This document shows positions 28,647 to 39,310 of a stretch of DNA of 64,000 nt, piece by piece (position 1 is the stretch's first letter; each line of letters opens with the position of its first letter). The translations under genes were made by a program, and so were the position numbers. This DNA is from Bacillales bacterium UBA2753 (GTDB lineage Bacteria > Bacillota_I > Bacilli_A > RFN20 > CAG-826), in NCBI GenBank assembly GCA_002353275.1, contig DEJH01000041.1, positions 34,201 to 98,200 on the forward strand. Reading direction: 5' to 3'. The notes under the pieces were generated by a model. That model worked only from the letters and a program-made list of their open reading frames with translations, was not told the origin of the DNA and did not search any database.

Positions 28647-28668
28647 TTCAACACTAGCTTCCTTTTCA
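28633..28668. terminator. bidirectional terminator
   Basis: GGAAGCTA-attcaacac-TAGCTTCC with AAAA before and TTTTCATTTATTT after. Confidence 0.65.
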
Positions 28669-28669
28669 T

Positions 28670-29797
28670 TTATTTCTTCCAGATTTCTTTATTAACGACA
28701 TCAATCTTCTCTTTGATGATCTTTGTTACTCTCTTAGAGACATCAGTGACATCATAATTTTCTGGAATCTTCGCAAACTTATATCTCATGAGTTCAGTAT
28801 CAATTGCAAGCATAATACCTTCTTTATCAATACCACTTACCACGATTGAACCAGCTTCCACTCCTTCAGGTCTTTCTGTTGATGTTCTTATTAATACTGC
28901 CGGAAAGTGTCTCATCGCACTTTCTTCAGTAAGAGTGCCACTATCACTTAATGTAATAAAAGCGTTCTCTTGTAACTTCACATATTCTAAGAAACCTAAT
29001 GGTTTAAGATTTCTTACTAATGGATGCATCTTAAATTTATTAATCTCAAGTCTCTTCTTGGTTCTTGGATGAGTGGAGAAGATCACTGGATATCCATATT
29101 TCTCAGCGATTTCATTAATCGCTGGCATAAGAGAATTAAAATTCTTTTCAATATCGATGTTTTCTTCTCTATGAGATGAAACAACGATATATTTTCCTTT
29201 TTCTAATCCTAAATCTTTAAGAACTTCACTCTTTTCGATTTTTTCATTATTCGCATTAAGTACTTCTAGCATTGGAGAGCCAGTAACAAATGTATATCTT
29301 TCTTCAATGCCCTCTTTCATTAAGTTCGCATATGCATGATTCGTATATGGAAGATTGATATCAGAGATATGATCAACAATCTTTCGATTAATCGTTTCAG
29401 GAACATTCCAATCTCCACATCTATTTCCAGCTTCCATATGGAAGATAGGAAGCTTTAAGCGTTTCGCGCTTATCGCACATAAAGCGGAATTCGTATCTCC
29501 TAAAATAAGAACCGCGTCAGGATTAATCTCTTTTAAAAGGTCATATGATTTAGAAATTGCATTACCAATTGTTTCTCCTAAATTCTTACCCGCACAGTTA
29601 AGGTAATAATCAGGTTCTCTAAGTTCTAACTCTTCAAAGAAGATCTTATTGAGTTCATAATCATAATTTTGTCCAGTATGGACTAAAATATGTTTAAAAG
29701 ATTCATCTCGATCAAGTTCTTTTATCACTTCAGATAATCTAATGATTTCTGGTCTAGTGCCAATAATCGTGACCACTGTTATTTTCTTATTGTTCAT
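28670..29797 (-). CDS. capG: UDP-N-acetylglucosamine/UDP-2-acetamido-2,6-dideoxy-hexose 2-epimerase (non-hydrolysing, Cap5G/FnlC-like)
   Basis: VVTIIGTRPEIIRLS ... HTGQNYDYELNKIFFEELELREPDYYL ... HMEAGNRC. Strong resemblance to S. aureus Cap5G. Confidence 0.85.
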   Translation of the reverse strand: MNNKKITVVTIIGTRPEIIRLSEVIKELDRDESFKHILVHTGQNYDYELNKIFFEELELREPDYYLNCAGKNLGETIGNAISKSYDLLKEINPDAVLILGDTNSALCAISAKRLKLPIFHMEAGNRCGDWNVPETINRKIVDHISDINLPYTNHAYANLMKEGIEERYTFVTGSPMLEVLNANNEKIEKSEVLKDLGLEKGKYIVVSSHREENIDIEKNFNSLMPAINEIAEKYGYPVIFSTHPRTKKRLEINKFKMHPLVRNLKPLGFLEYVKLQENAFITLSDSGTLTEESAMRHFPAVLIRTSTERPEGVEAGSIVVSGIDKEGIMLAIDTELMRYKFAKIPENYDVTDVSKRVTKIIKEKIDVVNKEIWKK

Positions 29798-30894
29798 TTC
29801 TTTATTACCTCTTCTTTATATGTATCATGGGTATTTGGATTATATATCTCACTAATCCACATTATCGTATGACTATTTATTTTACCGATATTGGTTATTT
29901 GGTGAGTGTATCCAACTCTTATATCAACTGGATGAGGATTATTACCATTAACTTTGTTAACAATCACCTCATCAGTGTTGATATCTCGTTGGATAATCTC
30001 ACACTCCCCAATAACTGTATAAAATATTTCTTTTTTATATGTGTGATAATGTCCCCCTTTAGTGATTCCTGGGAAAGATACATTATCACTTATTTGTCCC
30101 CACTTTTTTGATTTATAAAGTTCTTCAAAAGATCCTCGATTATCTCTAGCGAAGTTAAATTCGTGTACTTCGCTTAGATAATCACAGAACATTTTGAATA
30201 ACTTTAATTCAAATTCATTATGGATAAGTGGAAGATGTCTTTCGCTTTCAATTTCACTTTTAAAATAATATAAGAGATCAGCGAGTTTGCCTAAAGAACA
30301 GTCATATATAGGATTAACATATAAGATATCTTTACTTCCATTATGTTCTTTTGAGTTAATCACTCTTATGAATTCATCACATATATCATCAATATAGTTA
30401 TAGTGGACAACATATTCTCTATCTCTTATTTCAATAGGAAGATTATTTGCAATGTTATAACAGAATGTTCCTGCTGCAGAGTTATAGTTAGGTTTAATCC
30501 ATTTACCAAATACATTATGTAAACGATATACATATACTGGTAAACCAGAAGAGAAGAGATAATCTTCCGCGAGTTTCTTACTTTTACCATAATCATTATC
30601 TAAACTAGCTTGAGTGCTACTAGAGATGATGATTGGAATATTTCTTTTACTTTCTTTAATGAGGTCCACGACTTTCTTAGTGAAATTCGTGTTTCCATCA
30701 TAAAACTCTTCTTTTGTGAGTGGTCGATTGATACCAGCGAGATGAATAACAAAATCACATTTAGATATATATTCTTTTAATTCTTCTTCAGTGGATCCTA
30801 GATCATATTTAAAAACATTATGTCCTTCTCTACTTAAATGAAGAGACATATGTCTTCCTATAAATCCGTTTGATCCAGTTACTAAGATGTTCAT
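29794..30894 (-). CDS. capF: CapF/FnlB-like bifunctional reductase (SDR domain plus C-terminal cupin) of the UDP-L-FucNAc pathway
   Basis: NILVTGSNGFIGRH Rossmann motif, KPNYNSAAGTFCYNIA, C-terminal cupin FPGITKGGHYHTYKKE ... TIMWISEIYNPNTHDTY. Collinear with S. aureus Cap5F. Confidence 0.85.
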   Translation of the reverse strand: MNILVTGSNGFIGRHMSLHLSREGHNVFKYDLGSTEEELKEYISKCDFVIHLAGINRPLTKEEFYDGNTNFTKKVVDLIKESKRNIPIIISSSTQASLDNDYGKSKKLAEDYLFSSGLPVYVYRLHNVFGKWIKPNYNSAAGTFCYNIANNLPIEIRDREYVVHYNYIDDICDEFIRVINSKEHNGSKDILYVNPIYDCSLGKLADLLYYFKSEIESERHLPLIHNEFELKLFKMFCDYLSEVHEFNFARDNRGSFEELYKSKKWGQISDNVSFPGITKGGHYHTYKKEIFYTVIGECEIIQRDINTDEVIVNKVNGNNPHPVDIRVGYTHQITNIGKINSHTIMWISEIYNPNTHDTYKEEVIKK

Positions 30895-31024
30895 ATCTTC
30901 TTAAACATTATAAAAAAACTAATCAAATTTTTCATCTCAATAAAATATGAGTTCTTACAATTACAAACAAAATTTATTAATTAATAAATATCCACCGGAC
31001 AAACCGCTTTTTGATTAAGTTGAT

Positions 31025-31216
31025 TTATTTCATCAATTTCTTTAAATCTTTAGTGCTAATATCTTTCTCTTTATCGTCTGTCGCACGCAAAACAATGACA
31101 CCAGATTGAGTGTAAATGGCTTCAACATAACCACTATTATTAGAAAAGTCATTGACATTATCAAAAGATGTATCGCTTGATTCTAAATTCAAAATATTTT
31201 CATTTGGTTCTAACAT
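31025..31216 (-). CDS. small hypothetical protein, 63 aa
   Basis: Short ORF directly downstream of 31242-32084. No motif. Confidence 0.3.
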   Translation of the reverse strand: MLEPNENILNLESSDTSFDNVNDFSNNSGYVEAIYTQSGVIVLRATDDKEKDISTKDLKKLMK

Positions 31217-31241
31217 ATTTGCACTCCTATTTTATCATATT

Positions 31242-32084
31242 TTATTTTTCTTGCATAATTTTTAAGGTTTTATTCAGATAAGGATAACTATTTAACTTTT
31301 CTAGTCTGTATATTTCATAATAAAGAAGAGGGATGGTAGAAATCAAAATTTCTTTAAATTGCTCATCAACTAAGTTTGTATCAATCGTTTCGTTGATGTA
31401 ACAAATAGAAAGATTTTCAAAATAATTTAATATGGCAACTCTTTTTCTTTTAAAAATATACAAAAGTTGAGTTCCGCCAATAGTATTGGCGTAGAGATTT
31501 TTAGTATTCATTTTATTTTTTATGATTGTTTTAGAAAAATCACGAGCATCTTGATTTAAAACGTTGTTTTCACCAATAAGAATCGTTGCTATGTTGAAAC
31601 ACAAAACTTCTTTGTAAGTAGCGGGGTGTTTCTTTGTGATTTCACTAAATTTATTGAAAACTTCTTTTTGATCAGATAAAGATGGCTCAAATTCACATTT
31701 CCATTTAAACTCCGCAAAGGTTGAATTCATTGTTCTAGTAACAATGTTTAAATCATCAATGATAGATTGATTAAACTCTTTGATGAAAGCATTAGTTTTC
31801 TCAATTCTTGCATATTTTTCTTTTTTTGAATTGATAAGCGAAGAAGTGAGAAAAGTAGCAATACCAGTTAACCCGATAACTAAAGACAGTAATGTTGTCC
31901 CAAGACCGACATAAAGTTGAATTCTATTCTCGCTTGTAGGGTTGGGCAAAACTTCCTTTAATAATAAAACAACAACATAAATTGAAGCCAAAAGCAAAGC
32001 AACGGCTAAAAGATAAAACAAAATATGAGGGATTGCTTTACCAATGCTTCTAATATTTTTTCTTGTTTTATTATTTAGTTTCAT
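31242..32084 (-). CDS. hypothetical membrane-anchored protein, 280 aa
   Basis: Two N-terminal TM helices, then a soluble domain. No motif. Confidence 0.55.
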   Translation of the reverse strand: MKLNNKTRKNIRSIGKAIPHILFYLLAVALLLASIYVVVLLLKEVLPNPTSENRIQLYVGLGTTLLSLVIGLTGIATFLTSSLINSKKEKYARIEKTNAFIKEFNQSIIDDLNIVTRTMNSTFAEFKWKCEFEPSLSDQKEVFNKFSEITKKHPATYKEVLCFNIATILIGENNVLNQDARDFSKTIIKNKMNTKNLYANTIGGTQLLYIFKRKRVAILNYFENLSICYINETIDTNLVDEQFKEILISTIPLLYYEIYRLEKLNSYPYLNKTLKIMQEK

Positions 32085-32298
32085 TGCTTATATTTTATAT
32101 AAGATTAACAGTATTACAAATACTATTTTTGCAAGATACCTTAATATTTTTATTAAAATGTCTTTAGCATCATCCAAAAATTAATCACTCCACTACTGAT
32201 GCGACAAACATGAGCTATCCTCAATTAAAAAAGCAAGAACTACTTGCCATTGCCTTTGCCGAATAAATGGAAGATGGTTAAGGAGAATATCTTTATAT

Positions 32299-32877
32299 CT
32301 AACATAAGGATATGTTTTTAACATATTCATAATCTAGTTCAGCTTTTTGCTTTGGATCATGGGCTCTATTATTTTTTATTTGAGCCCATCCCCCTAATCC
32401 GGGTTTAACATCAAATGCATTAGGAGTATATAATTCTCTTAATCTCACTAATTCTTCTTCATTATATGCCACTCCTGGTCTAGGGCCAATAAAGGCCATC
32501 TGACCAATAAAGATATTAAATAAATGCGGAGTTTCATCCAAAGATGTTTTTCTTATAAAACTACCAAATTTAGTTTCCATCCTGTTATATTCTTCAACAG
32601 TTATATCAATTGGAGCGACTTCAGGCACATCCATTCTTATAAAACAGAACTTAATTAATCCGAATACTTTTTATTCTTCCCTAATCTTTTCTGTATATAT
32701 AAATAAAGGATACCCTTTAGTCACAAATAAATTAATAAGGAATATCCACCAGAGCAATAAGGGAGTACACACCAAGATTCCCACAAAAGATCCTACTATC
32801 TCAATAATTCTTTTAATAACTAAGTAAAATTCTGACTCTTTCTCATATTTTTTAAAGCGAAAAAGTGTACCAATCAT
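32299..32877 (-). pseudogene. frameshifted paralogue of the 28050 phosphoglycosyltransferase
   Basis: 68-aa N-terminal piece (TM plus KGYPLFIYTEKIREE) and 111-aa C-terminal piece (KFGSFIRKTSLDETPHLFNIFIGQMAFIGPRPG...) in different frames. The conserved RVGRNGKPFKIVKFRTM block is lost between them. Confidence 0.6.
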
Positions 32878-33016
32878 TTCAAAAATGTTAAATACGTATT
32901 ATTTTGTTGACGAAAAATTCACCCATTCGAGGAGTGTTTGTTCAAACAAAATAGTCATACACTCAACAGATGTAATAAGCGCAAGCAGTAACTACATTAA
33001 AAAATAAATCAAGACA

Positions 33017-33694
33017 CTAAAGTTTAAAAATTAGCATTGCGTTTAAATTCCAATCAACTTGATTTCTTATTTTCTTTGTTCCGCTTCTCGACGCTTCATT
33101 TAATTCTTTTATACACTCATTTCTTATTTCGGCAGGCAAGAATAATAACATATTCCTGATATTCATAAGTAATGAACTTCCTGATTCTCCTGTATCTAAT
33201 GTCACTTCTCTAAAATTTCTATAATTAATGACCGTCCTATTATGTCCAATTACATTTCGCAAAGTTATTAGAGCATCTAAATTTTTCTTTAAAATCAATT
33301 TATCACCAAATATTGTAGATTTACGCTCATTGTTTAAAGACCAAATAACGTTTATTAAAGTACTAAACAAAGAGAATGAAATGTATTGATATAATGGCTT
33401 ATCGGTGTTTATTCCAAGTTCAACTGCACTTTTAAAATTATTACAAATATAAGCTCTATAAGATTCCTCTAAAAACCCGATATATTTGTATAAGATTCTT
33501 CTTATCCTTTTATCATACCGAAATGCAGTCGCCACTTCTTTATATGTTGGCTTTCTATCAACAATAAAAGACGATAAATATTTTGCCATTCTAACGTGTT
33601 CTTCTAATCCTCTAAGCTTGATATATTCTTTAGCGGAGGCTATCTCTTTTTCGTCTACATCAACCAAAGAAAAGAAATTATCATAATCGATCAT
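33017..33694 (-). CDS. Abi_2 family (AbiD/AbiF-like) HEPN-domain protein, 225 aa
   Basis: AFRYDKRIRRILYKYIGFLEESYRAYI matches the Abi_2 core. C-terminal Rx4H HEPN motif LRNVIGHNR. Confidence 0.65.
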   Translation of the reverse strand: MIDYDNFFSLVDVDEKEIASAKEYIKLRGLEEHVRMAKYLSSFIVDRKPTYKEVATAFRYDKRIRRILYKYIGFLEESYRAYICNNFKSAVELGINTDKPLYQYISFSLFSTLINVIWSLNNERKSTIFGDKLILKKNLDALITLRNVIGHNRTVINYRNFREVTLDTGESGSSLLMNIRNMLLFLPAEIRNECIKELNEASRSGTKKIRNQVDWNLNAMLIFKL

Positions 33695-34326
33695 ATCATT
33701 ATATGGTTAGTTTGAATTATTTCATTTACCGTTTCAATTAAAACTGAGAAAGATTGCTTACCGGTTTGTTTGTTTAGGTTGATGTTTTTCTTTCTTAAAT
33801 ATAGTTCCTTTATTTGTTCCCAATAACCATTTCTTTTTAAAAATAAGAATCTGTGTTCAAAATTTCTTGACTCAGGAACTTTGTTCCAAATATATCTACA
33901 AGTGTTTTTTTCTTTTATATTTACAATTTTATACAAGAAGCCATCATTCGCTTCTACCATGATTGCAACATCAAATGAAAAGTCATAATCTTCCAGTTGC
34001 CCTATAAAGCATGTTATCACTTGTGTTGAGTCGCTAACTTTAGCCTTATAGCCACAAGCATACTTAAGAGCGTCCATAAATAAGTGTTTTATTTTCTTTG
34101 GATTATCTATTAGCTGTTTTTTGTCTCTTTGAAGAATTAAATTGTAATCAAGATCCACTTTTTTATTATTGCCATTAATAGTCATAAGGCGACTTTCGCC
34201 ACTTCCAATTAATTTAAACGAAAATGTAAAATAATCCTTAAGATGTTTTTGAGCGCGGATTATTTTCGATTCACAAAATTCACAATAAGCAGTCCTTTGG
34301 TGTTTGCTTTCAATATATCTAAACAT
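33691..34326 (-). CDS. minimal Pol-beta superfamily nucleotidyltransferase (SMODS or MNT-like), 211 aa
   Basis: IGSGESRLMTINGNNKKVDLDYNL (GS-x13-DxD) plus downstream acidic FDVAIMVE. Stop overlaps the Abi_2 start (ATGA). Confidence 0.55.
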   Translation of the reverse strand: MFRYIESKHQRTAYCEFCESKIIRAQKHLKDYFTFSFKLIGSGESRLMTINGNNKKVDLDYNLILQRDKKQLIDNPKKIKHLFMDALKYACGYKAKVSDSTQVITCFIGQLEDYDFSFDVAIMVEANDGFLYKIVNIKEKNTCRYIWNKVPESRNFEHRFLFLKRNGYWEQIKELYLRKKNINLNKQTGKQSFSVLIETVNEIIQTNHIMI

Positions 34327-34362
34327 AGTATTGTAAACTCTCCTTTTAATAAACGGGTTAAA

Positions 34363-37300
34363 CTAACTATTAATTAGATTAAAAAGTTTGGCGACATTAA
34401 CAGTGTAATATCTAGCGTTTTTCCTATTCTTTTTGCCATAAATAAGATTTAATTCAATCAGCTTACTTATAATTTTATTATTTTCGTATTGACTGCAACC
34501 TATTTTAACTTCCTCAATAGGATTGTTATCGTTTGATAAAGAGTAGTATAATTCAGGATTAATCATTTTAATACATAAATAAGCCTCGCTTAAACGAACT
34601 ATATCAAGCATTTTTTCCCGTGCGATAATGCAATATTTGCTATCATTATTTTTTTCGTTATATAGATATGAAATAAGATCATATGGGGTGTCGTTTTTAT
34701 AATTGTCTTCATATACCAGATTAAATATTTTTTCAAAATCCCCATCACTTAATTTGTCTGTAATAAGCTGATTATAGGACTTTAAAACGATTGACCTTCT
34801 AGCAGATTTAGGGAGATCGCTATTGAGCAAAGTCAAATAGTCATCTCTTGATAAGCCGACATTGCCCAACTCATCAATTAAAGAATTGTCCTTTTTAAGT
34901 ATTGCTAAAATGGACTTTGATTTATTCGCTACAGAGGTCAATAAGTATTTATCAACTTTAATGTGGTCAGAAGCAATTAAAGAAGTAATCCAAATGTCTT
35001 TATTTACTTCAGAATAATTAAATGTTACAGTCGAAGATATTGCTTTGGAAATAGAATCCACAATGTCGCTATTATCATTTACTAAATCAGAATTAATAAA
35101 TTTTACAATAAGAGGTTTTTCAGTTATCTCACCACTCAGCACTTTATAATTGTTCAAAATATACTGATTGTAATCATAAGAGGGCAAGACTTTTGAAATT
35201 TTTATTAAATCAACCCAATTTTGGCACTTATTGTAATTCAATATTGCGTTATAAATATTAGTATCCAATTTTTCAATATAGTGCACAGATTTCAATAGTT
35301 CAACGTACGATTGTCTTAATTCCAGAGTAATATTTGAATCCGTTAATATTTCTTTCACTGTTTTTTCGTCATCACTAAATTGTACCCTGTGTTCAACTAA
35401 GCTCTTTAATACTAAAACTTTATTATTCTTTAGATATTCACTTTTCTCGAACATAGAAGAAAGACTAATTTCATCAACAATGTTATATATAGTAGCTAAA
35501 TTTACAAAATTTATCTCATACATAGAATCATGGACAATTTCGTCAAATACCGCATTTTCAAATTTGGATGTTTTGTCATAAGACAAATTATCTAACTTTT
35601 CTATGTTTAATATTTTCAACATTCCAAAAACAATATCATTCGAATCAAAAGATGTAAAAATAGATGAAATCGGCGAATTATGTTTTTTAACATAATCCGT
35701 AATACAATTATCAATATTGTATCTTTCTAATAGTTTATTACGATGTAAAAGAACAACAAGACCATCTTTTTGTACATTTGAAAGTATATTGCTTTCTAAC
35801 ATATCAAAAACAATATACTTATAATTTTTATATGCGGCAGAAATCAATTTAATGATGTCGTAATTATTGGCGTAATATCTTGCAACAAAATTTTTGGTAT
35901 CTGTGGAGCGTTTGGACAAATAATCTAAAAAGCATTTCTTTTTATCGGAGACACCATTAAACGACAACAGCCCTTCAATGAGAGGGCAAATCAAAATTTG
36001 TTTTGTGTTGAACCTTGTAACGTTTAATTTATTTATTACTTTAAGAGGATTATCTACATTAGTTAAGCAATCAATATCTGATTCTGAAATAATTTTAACA
36101 ATTAAATCAGTATCCAGTTGTGAATCCAACTCACCAATGTACATGAAATAAGTTTCATCAATATAACCATTTCTCAAGGCGAACATTAGGAAACCATCAT
36201 TATCAATTTCTATAATTTTATTATTGTCAAAACGCTTATTGTCGAGCAGCTGTTTGACACTGTAACTATTTATTTCTTCGATATCATTAGAAATATTGCT
36301 TATTTTTTCTTGGATTTGATTTCTAATTTCAGTGGAAATCTCCTCTAGAGTGTCGAAAATATTTTTTCCAAAATTTGAATTGATTGAATTAACAGAGTAT
36401 GCAAAGTATCTGTTGTTGCTGTTGTAAGGATAGGCTGAACGATTATCTACGTAAAATCCTTGAATGTTTCTATTTATTGATGAGTCTAGAGATTCTACAG
36501 ATGCATAACCTGATGGCACACTAGATACAAAATTGCCGTTGCTATAAATAATTCCTTTAATTGCATTTATTATTATCCTTTTTTTATCTCTTTCATCATC
36601 AGAAATGGTGCCTATTTTTTGTTCCAGTTGGCTTTTATCATTTCTCAAACTTTCCAGCGCAGCATTAATAGCATTGTTTTTTTCTTCATGAAAAATAGAA
36701 TATAATCTTCCTTCACCCTTTTGCAGAAGATGATATTCTTTCATGAAAAGGTTCTTAAAAACCATCATCGCAAACAATTTTTCGTTGCTTTCGACATTGT
36801 TTAAATTTGTCCTAAGAAACTCGTAATCATTAACAATATTATCAATTAATCGTTTATCTTTTAAGAAATAACTAATTTCGCTTATAAATGAAGAGTCAAT
36901 TGATACATTGCCTTCCTTTAACTTTTCTGCTTCTCTTAATGTGTTTTCAATTATTTGTTGAACATTTTCTACTGTCAAAACAGGATAAAACGGAACGATA
37001 AAATCGAAGAACTTTGCTTTTTCAACAGGGCTATTAAACAAATCATCTCTAACACAATAAATAAACTTTATCTTTTTTGATTCATCTTTAAATAACACAT
37101 TATTGTTTATTATTTGGTTAATTTCCCTTAAGTTAGAGATTAATTTAACGGAATCAAATCTATCAATATCTTCAAAAAAAACTATTTTAATATTTGATTG
37201 CTTGAAGAAATAGATAATTTCATCAATAAATTCATTTAAAATCGACTCATCACTCGTTGAATTTAAGCCTATTTCTATATCGCCATATAAAACCTTGATT

Positions 37301-37971
37301 GTTTTAAATATTTTTGGAATATAGCAAACAAAAGCAATAAAAGAAAGCAGCAAAAATGGCAACATCCAATAAAAAGTGTAGATAGACGAATTAGGAAGCA
37401 CGTTATATAATTCCATGAGAGAAAATAAAAGCAAAGTGACAAACGACACAAATATGAGTGCAAACAATAAATAAACGCAACTTTTCGATGATATTCTTTT
37501 AATGTTTGATTCCGGAACTATTTTCTTGTCAACGCTATAAAGCAATTGTTCAAGAATACTTTTTTCTGCATTTTTAATATCAATCTGGTGAGTGAAATCT
37601 GGCAGATGATCATCATTTAGTTCATCACCGTCGCCTTCTTTTTTTGCTGCATTTGTTTCTTTAATGACCGCTTGATTAGCACCATTATTTTCTTTGAAAT
37701 TCGCAAGCGTTATATTAAAGGACACATCTTTATAAACTGTTTTGTTTGCTAAAAATGTTTTTATAAGACTGCTCTTGCCTGACCCATATGGTGCAACAAT
37801 GCCAATGTTATAAACACCCTCTTCTTTAATAGCATATTCCAAAACACCAACTTGTTTTTTATAATCACCATAATTATTAACAGGGATGTTGGTTATATAT
37901 TTAATAGAATCTTCATTAGCCGAAGAGTCATTAGTCAAATCGTTTTTCTTCATTCCTTTGAAAATACACAT
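34363..37971 (-). CDS. KAP-family P-loop NTPase with intra-domain TM hairpin (YobI-like), 1202 aa
   Basis: Walker A IGIVAPYGSGKSSLIKTF. Two TM helices (YLLFALIFVSFVTLLLF / WMLPFLLLSFIAFVCYI) inserted before Walker B KIVFFEDIDRFD. Long C-terminal helical region. Confidence 0.8.
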   Translation of the reverse strand: MCIFKGMKKNDLTNDSSANEDSIKYITNIPVNNYGDYKKQVGVLEYAIKEEGVYNIGIVAPYGSGKSSLIKTFLANKTVYKDVSFNITLANFKENNGANQAVIKETNAAKKEGDGDELNDDHLPDFTHQIDIKNAEKSILEQLLYSVDKKIVPESNIKRISSKSCVYLLFALIFVSFVTLLLFSLMELYNVLPNSSIYTFYWMLPFLLLSFIAFVCYIPKIFKTIKVLYGDIEIGLNSTSDESILNEFIDEIIYFFKQSNIKIVFFEDIDRFDSVKLISNLREINQIINNNVLFKDESKKIKFIYCVRDDLFNSPVEKAKFFDFIVPFYPVLTVENVQQIIENTLREAEKLKEGNVSIDSSFISEISYFLKDKRLIDNIVNDYEFLRTNLNNVESNEKLFAMMVFKNLFMKEYHLLQKGEGRLYSIFHEEKNNAINAALESLRNDKSQLEQKIGTISDDERDKKRIIINAIKGIIYSNGNFVSSVPSGYASVESLDSSINRNIQGFYVDNRSAYPYNSNNRYFAYSVNSINSNFGKNIFDTLEEISTEIRNQIQEKISNISNDIEEINSYSVKQLLDNKRFDNNKIIEIDNDGFLMFALRNGYIDETYFMYIGELDSQLDTDLIVKIISESDIDCLTNVDNPLKVINKLNVTRFNTKQILICPLIEGLLSFNGVSDKKKCFLDYLSKRSTDTKNFVARYYANNYDIIKLISAAYKNYKYIVFDMLESNILSNVQKDGLVVLLHRNKLLERYNIDNCITDYVKKHNSPISSIFTSFDSNDIVFGMLKILNIEKLDNLSYDKTSKFENAVFDEIVHDSMYEINFVNLATIYNIVDEISLSSMFEKSEYLKNNKVLVLKSLVEHRVQFSDDEKTVKEILTDSNITLELRQSYVELLKSVHYIEKLDTNIYNAILNYNKCQNWVDLIKISKVLPSYDYNQYILNNYKVLSGEITEKPLIVKFINSDLVNDNSDIVDSISKAISSTVTFNYSEVNKDIWITSLIASDHIKVDKYLLTSVANKSKSILAILKKDNSLIDELGNVGLSRDDYLTLLNSDLPKSARRSIVLKSYNQLITDKLSDGDFEKIFNLVYEDNYKNDTPYDLISYLYNEKNNDSKYCIIAREKMLDIVRLSEAYLCIKMINPELYYSLSNDNNPIEEVKIGCSQYENNKIISKLIELNLIYGKKNRKNARYYTVNVAKLFNLINS

Positions 37972-38272
37972 GGTATCACCCTCTTATCAAACACAATAAT
38001 AAAATAACTTATCAATTACTTTCAGTAAAGAGATAAAAGACAATTAGTGAAACTAGTAATATCAAATAATAAAAGAACACATACAATGTCAGTGTTAATT
38101 AAACAACTGATAATAAGACACTATTACTTAAATATAATCTTACTAGTTGTATATGATTCAAATGATGTTGATTTATATAAATCTATAAGTCTGCCATTAA
38201 AACAAAATGCATAGACATATTTATCTTTCTTTATAATATTTCTAATAGATATAGATAAAAGTTTTTAGGATG

Positions 38273-39310
38273 TCAGATTTTAAATCTGTCAACCAAATCA
38301 ATAAAAGGTTTTAGCACTTCATCAGAGTTGAATTTCCTTGAAAAAGAAAAGCAATTAGTTCTCAGACTTCTTATTAGCTTTTTGTTTTTTATGGCAAACA
38401 GTGTTTTGTTGTATAAATTATCTTCAAGTTGGTCTAAGTTCACAAGGAAGCCGGTTTCATTTTCTTTAACCAATTCCGAATTATATTTCCAGTCAGTTGT
38501 AATGACAGGTAAACCCGCCATAAAAGATTCAATAATTGAATGTGCCATCCCCTCTCCTTTGTAATAAGTAGGGAACAACATACAATAATATGAGGAAAGA
38601 ACCCCAATTACATTCTCGTGAATAACACCCAAATACTTAATGTTTTCATCTAAATAACCTGATAATTTTGAGTCCATATCTTTCTTTTGTATTTGTCCAT
38701 AGATATCTAATTTCACATCATAATTATCTCTTGCAAGACGTTTTATTACATTGCAAGCTTCGAACACACCTTTGGATTCTTCGACTCTTGCAAAAAAACA
38801 AAAACGATATTGCTTTGATTTATCAAAAGCAGCCAAACTCTCTTCAAACTCTTTTGGAGTGATTTGCTCTTTTGAAGAGAAAGTAGGAATGTACAAAAGA
38901 TTTTCAAAACCATAACTATTAAAAACATCAATAGCGTGCTTGTTTTGAAGTACAACACACCTAAAACGTTTAAGAGGAGATAATTTTCTTTCATATTTCT
39001 TGTTTTGAATCAAGTCCACTACCCAGCCACCGACAGCCAAATAGTAAAAATTCTTATTCTTAAAAATTCTTGATAAAAAAGTATAGAAAAACAAGGCTTT
39101 CCTTCCACCAGGAAGCAAAAGAACATTGTTGTGTTTTTTAATTTGTTTTAAGGAAACAAAGAATAGAGACAAGATATTTTTATGACCATAATTCAAAATT
39201 TCAATCTCATACCCTCTTTTTTCAAAAGATGATATTACATCGTTAGTTTTTGATTGTTGTCCATCAAACTTGTTTTTATCTATATGACATATCACTAAAA
39301 TTTTTTTCAT
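38273..39310 (-). CDS. GT1/GT4-family glycosyltransferase
   Basis: C-terminal KGEGMAHSIIESFMAGLPVITTDWKYNSELVKENETGFLV retaining-GT motif. Confidence 0.8.
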   Translation of the reverse strand: MKKILVICHIDKNKFDGQQSKTNDVISSFEKRGYEIEILNYGHKNILSLFFVSLKQIKKHNNVLLLPGGRKALFFYTFLSRIFKNKNFYYLAVGGWVVDLIQNKKYERKLSPLKRFRCVVLQNKHAIDVFNSYGFENLLYIPTFSSKEQITPKEFEESLAAFDKSKQYRFCFFARVEESKGVFEACNVIKRLARDNYDVKLDIYGQIQKKDMDSKLSGYLDENIKYLGVIHENVIGVLSSYYCMLFPTYYKGEGMAHSIIESFMAGLPVITTDWKYNSELVKENETGFLVNLDQLEDNLYNKTLFAIKNKKLIRSLRTNCFSFSRKFNSDEVLKPFIDLVDRFKI

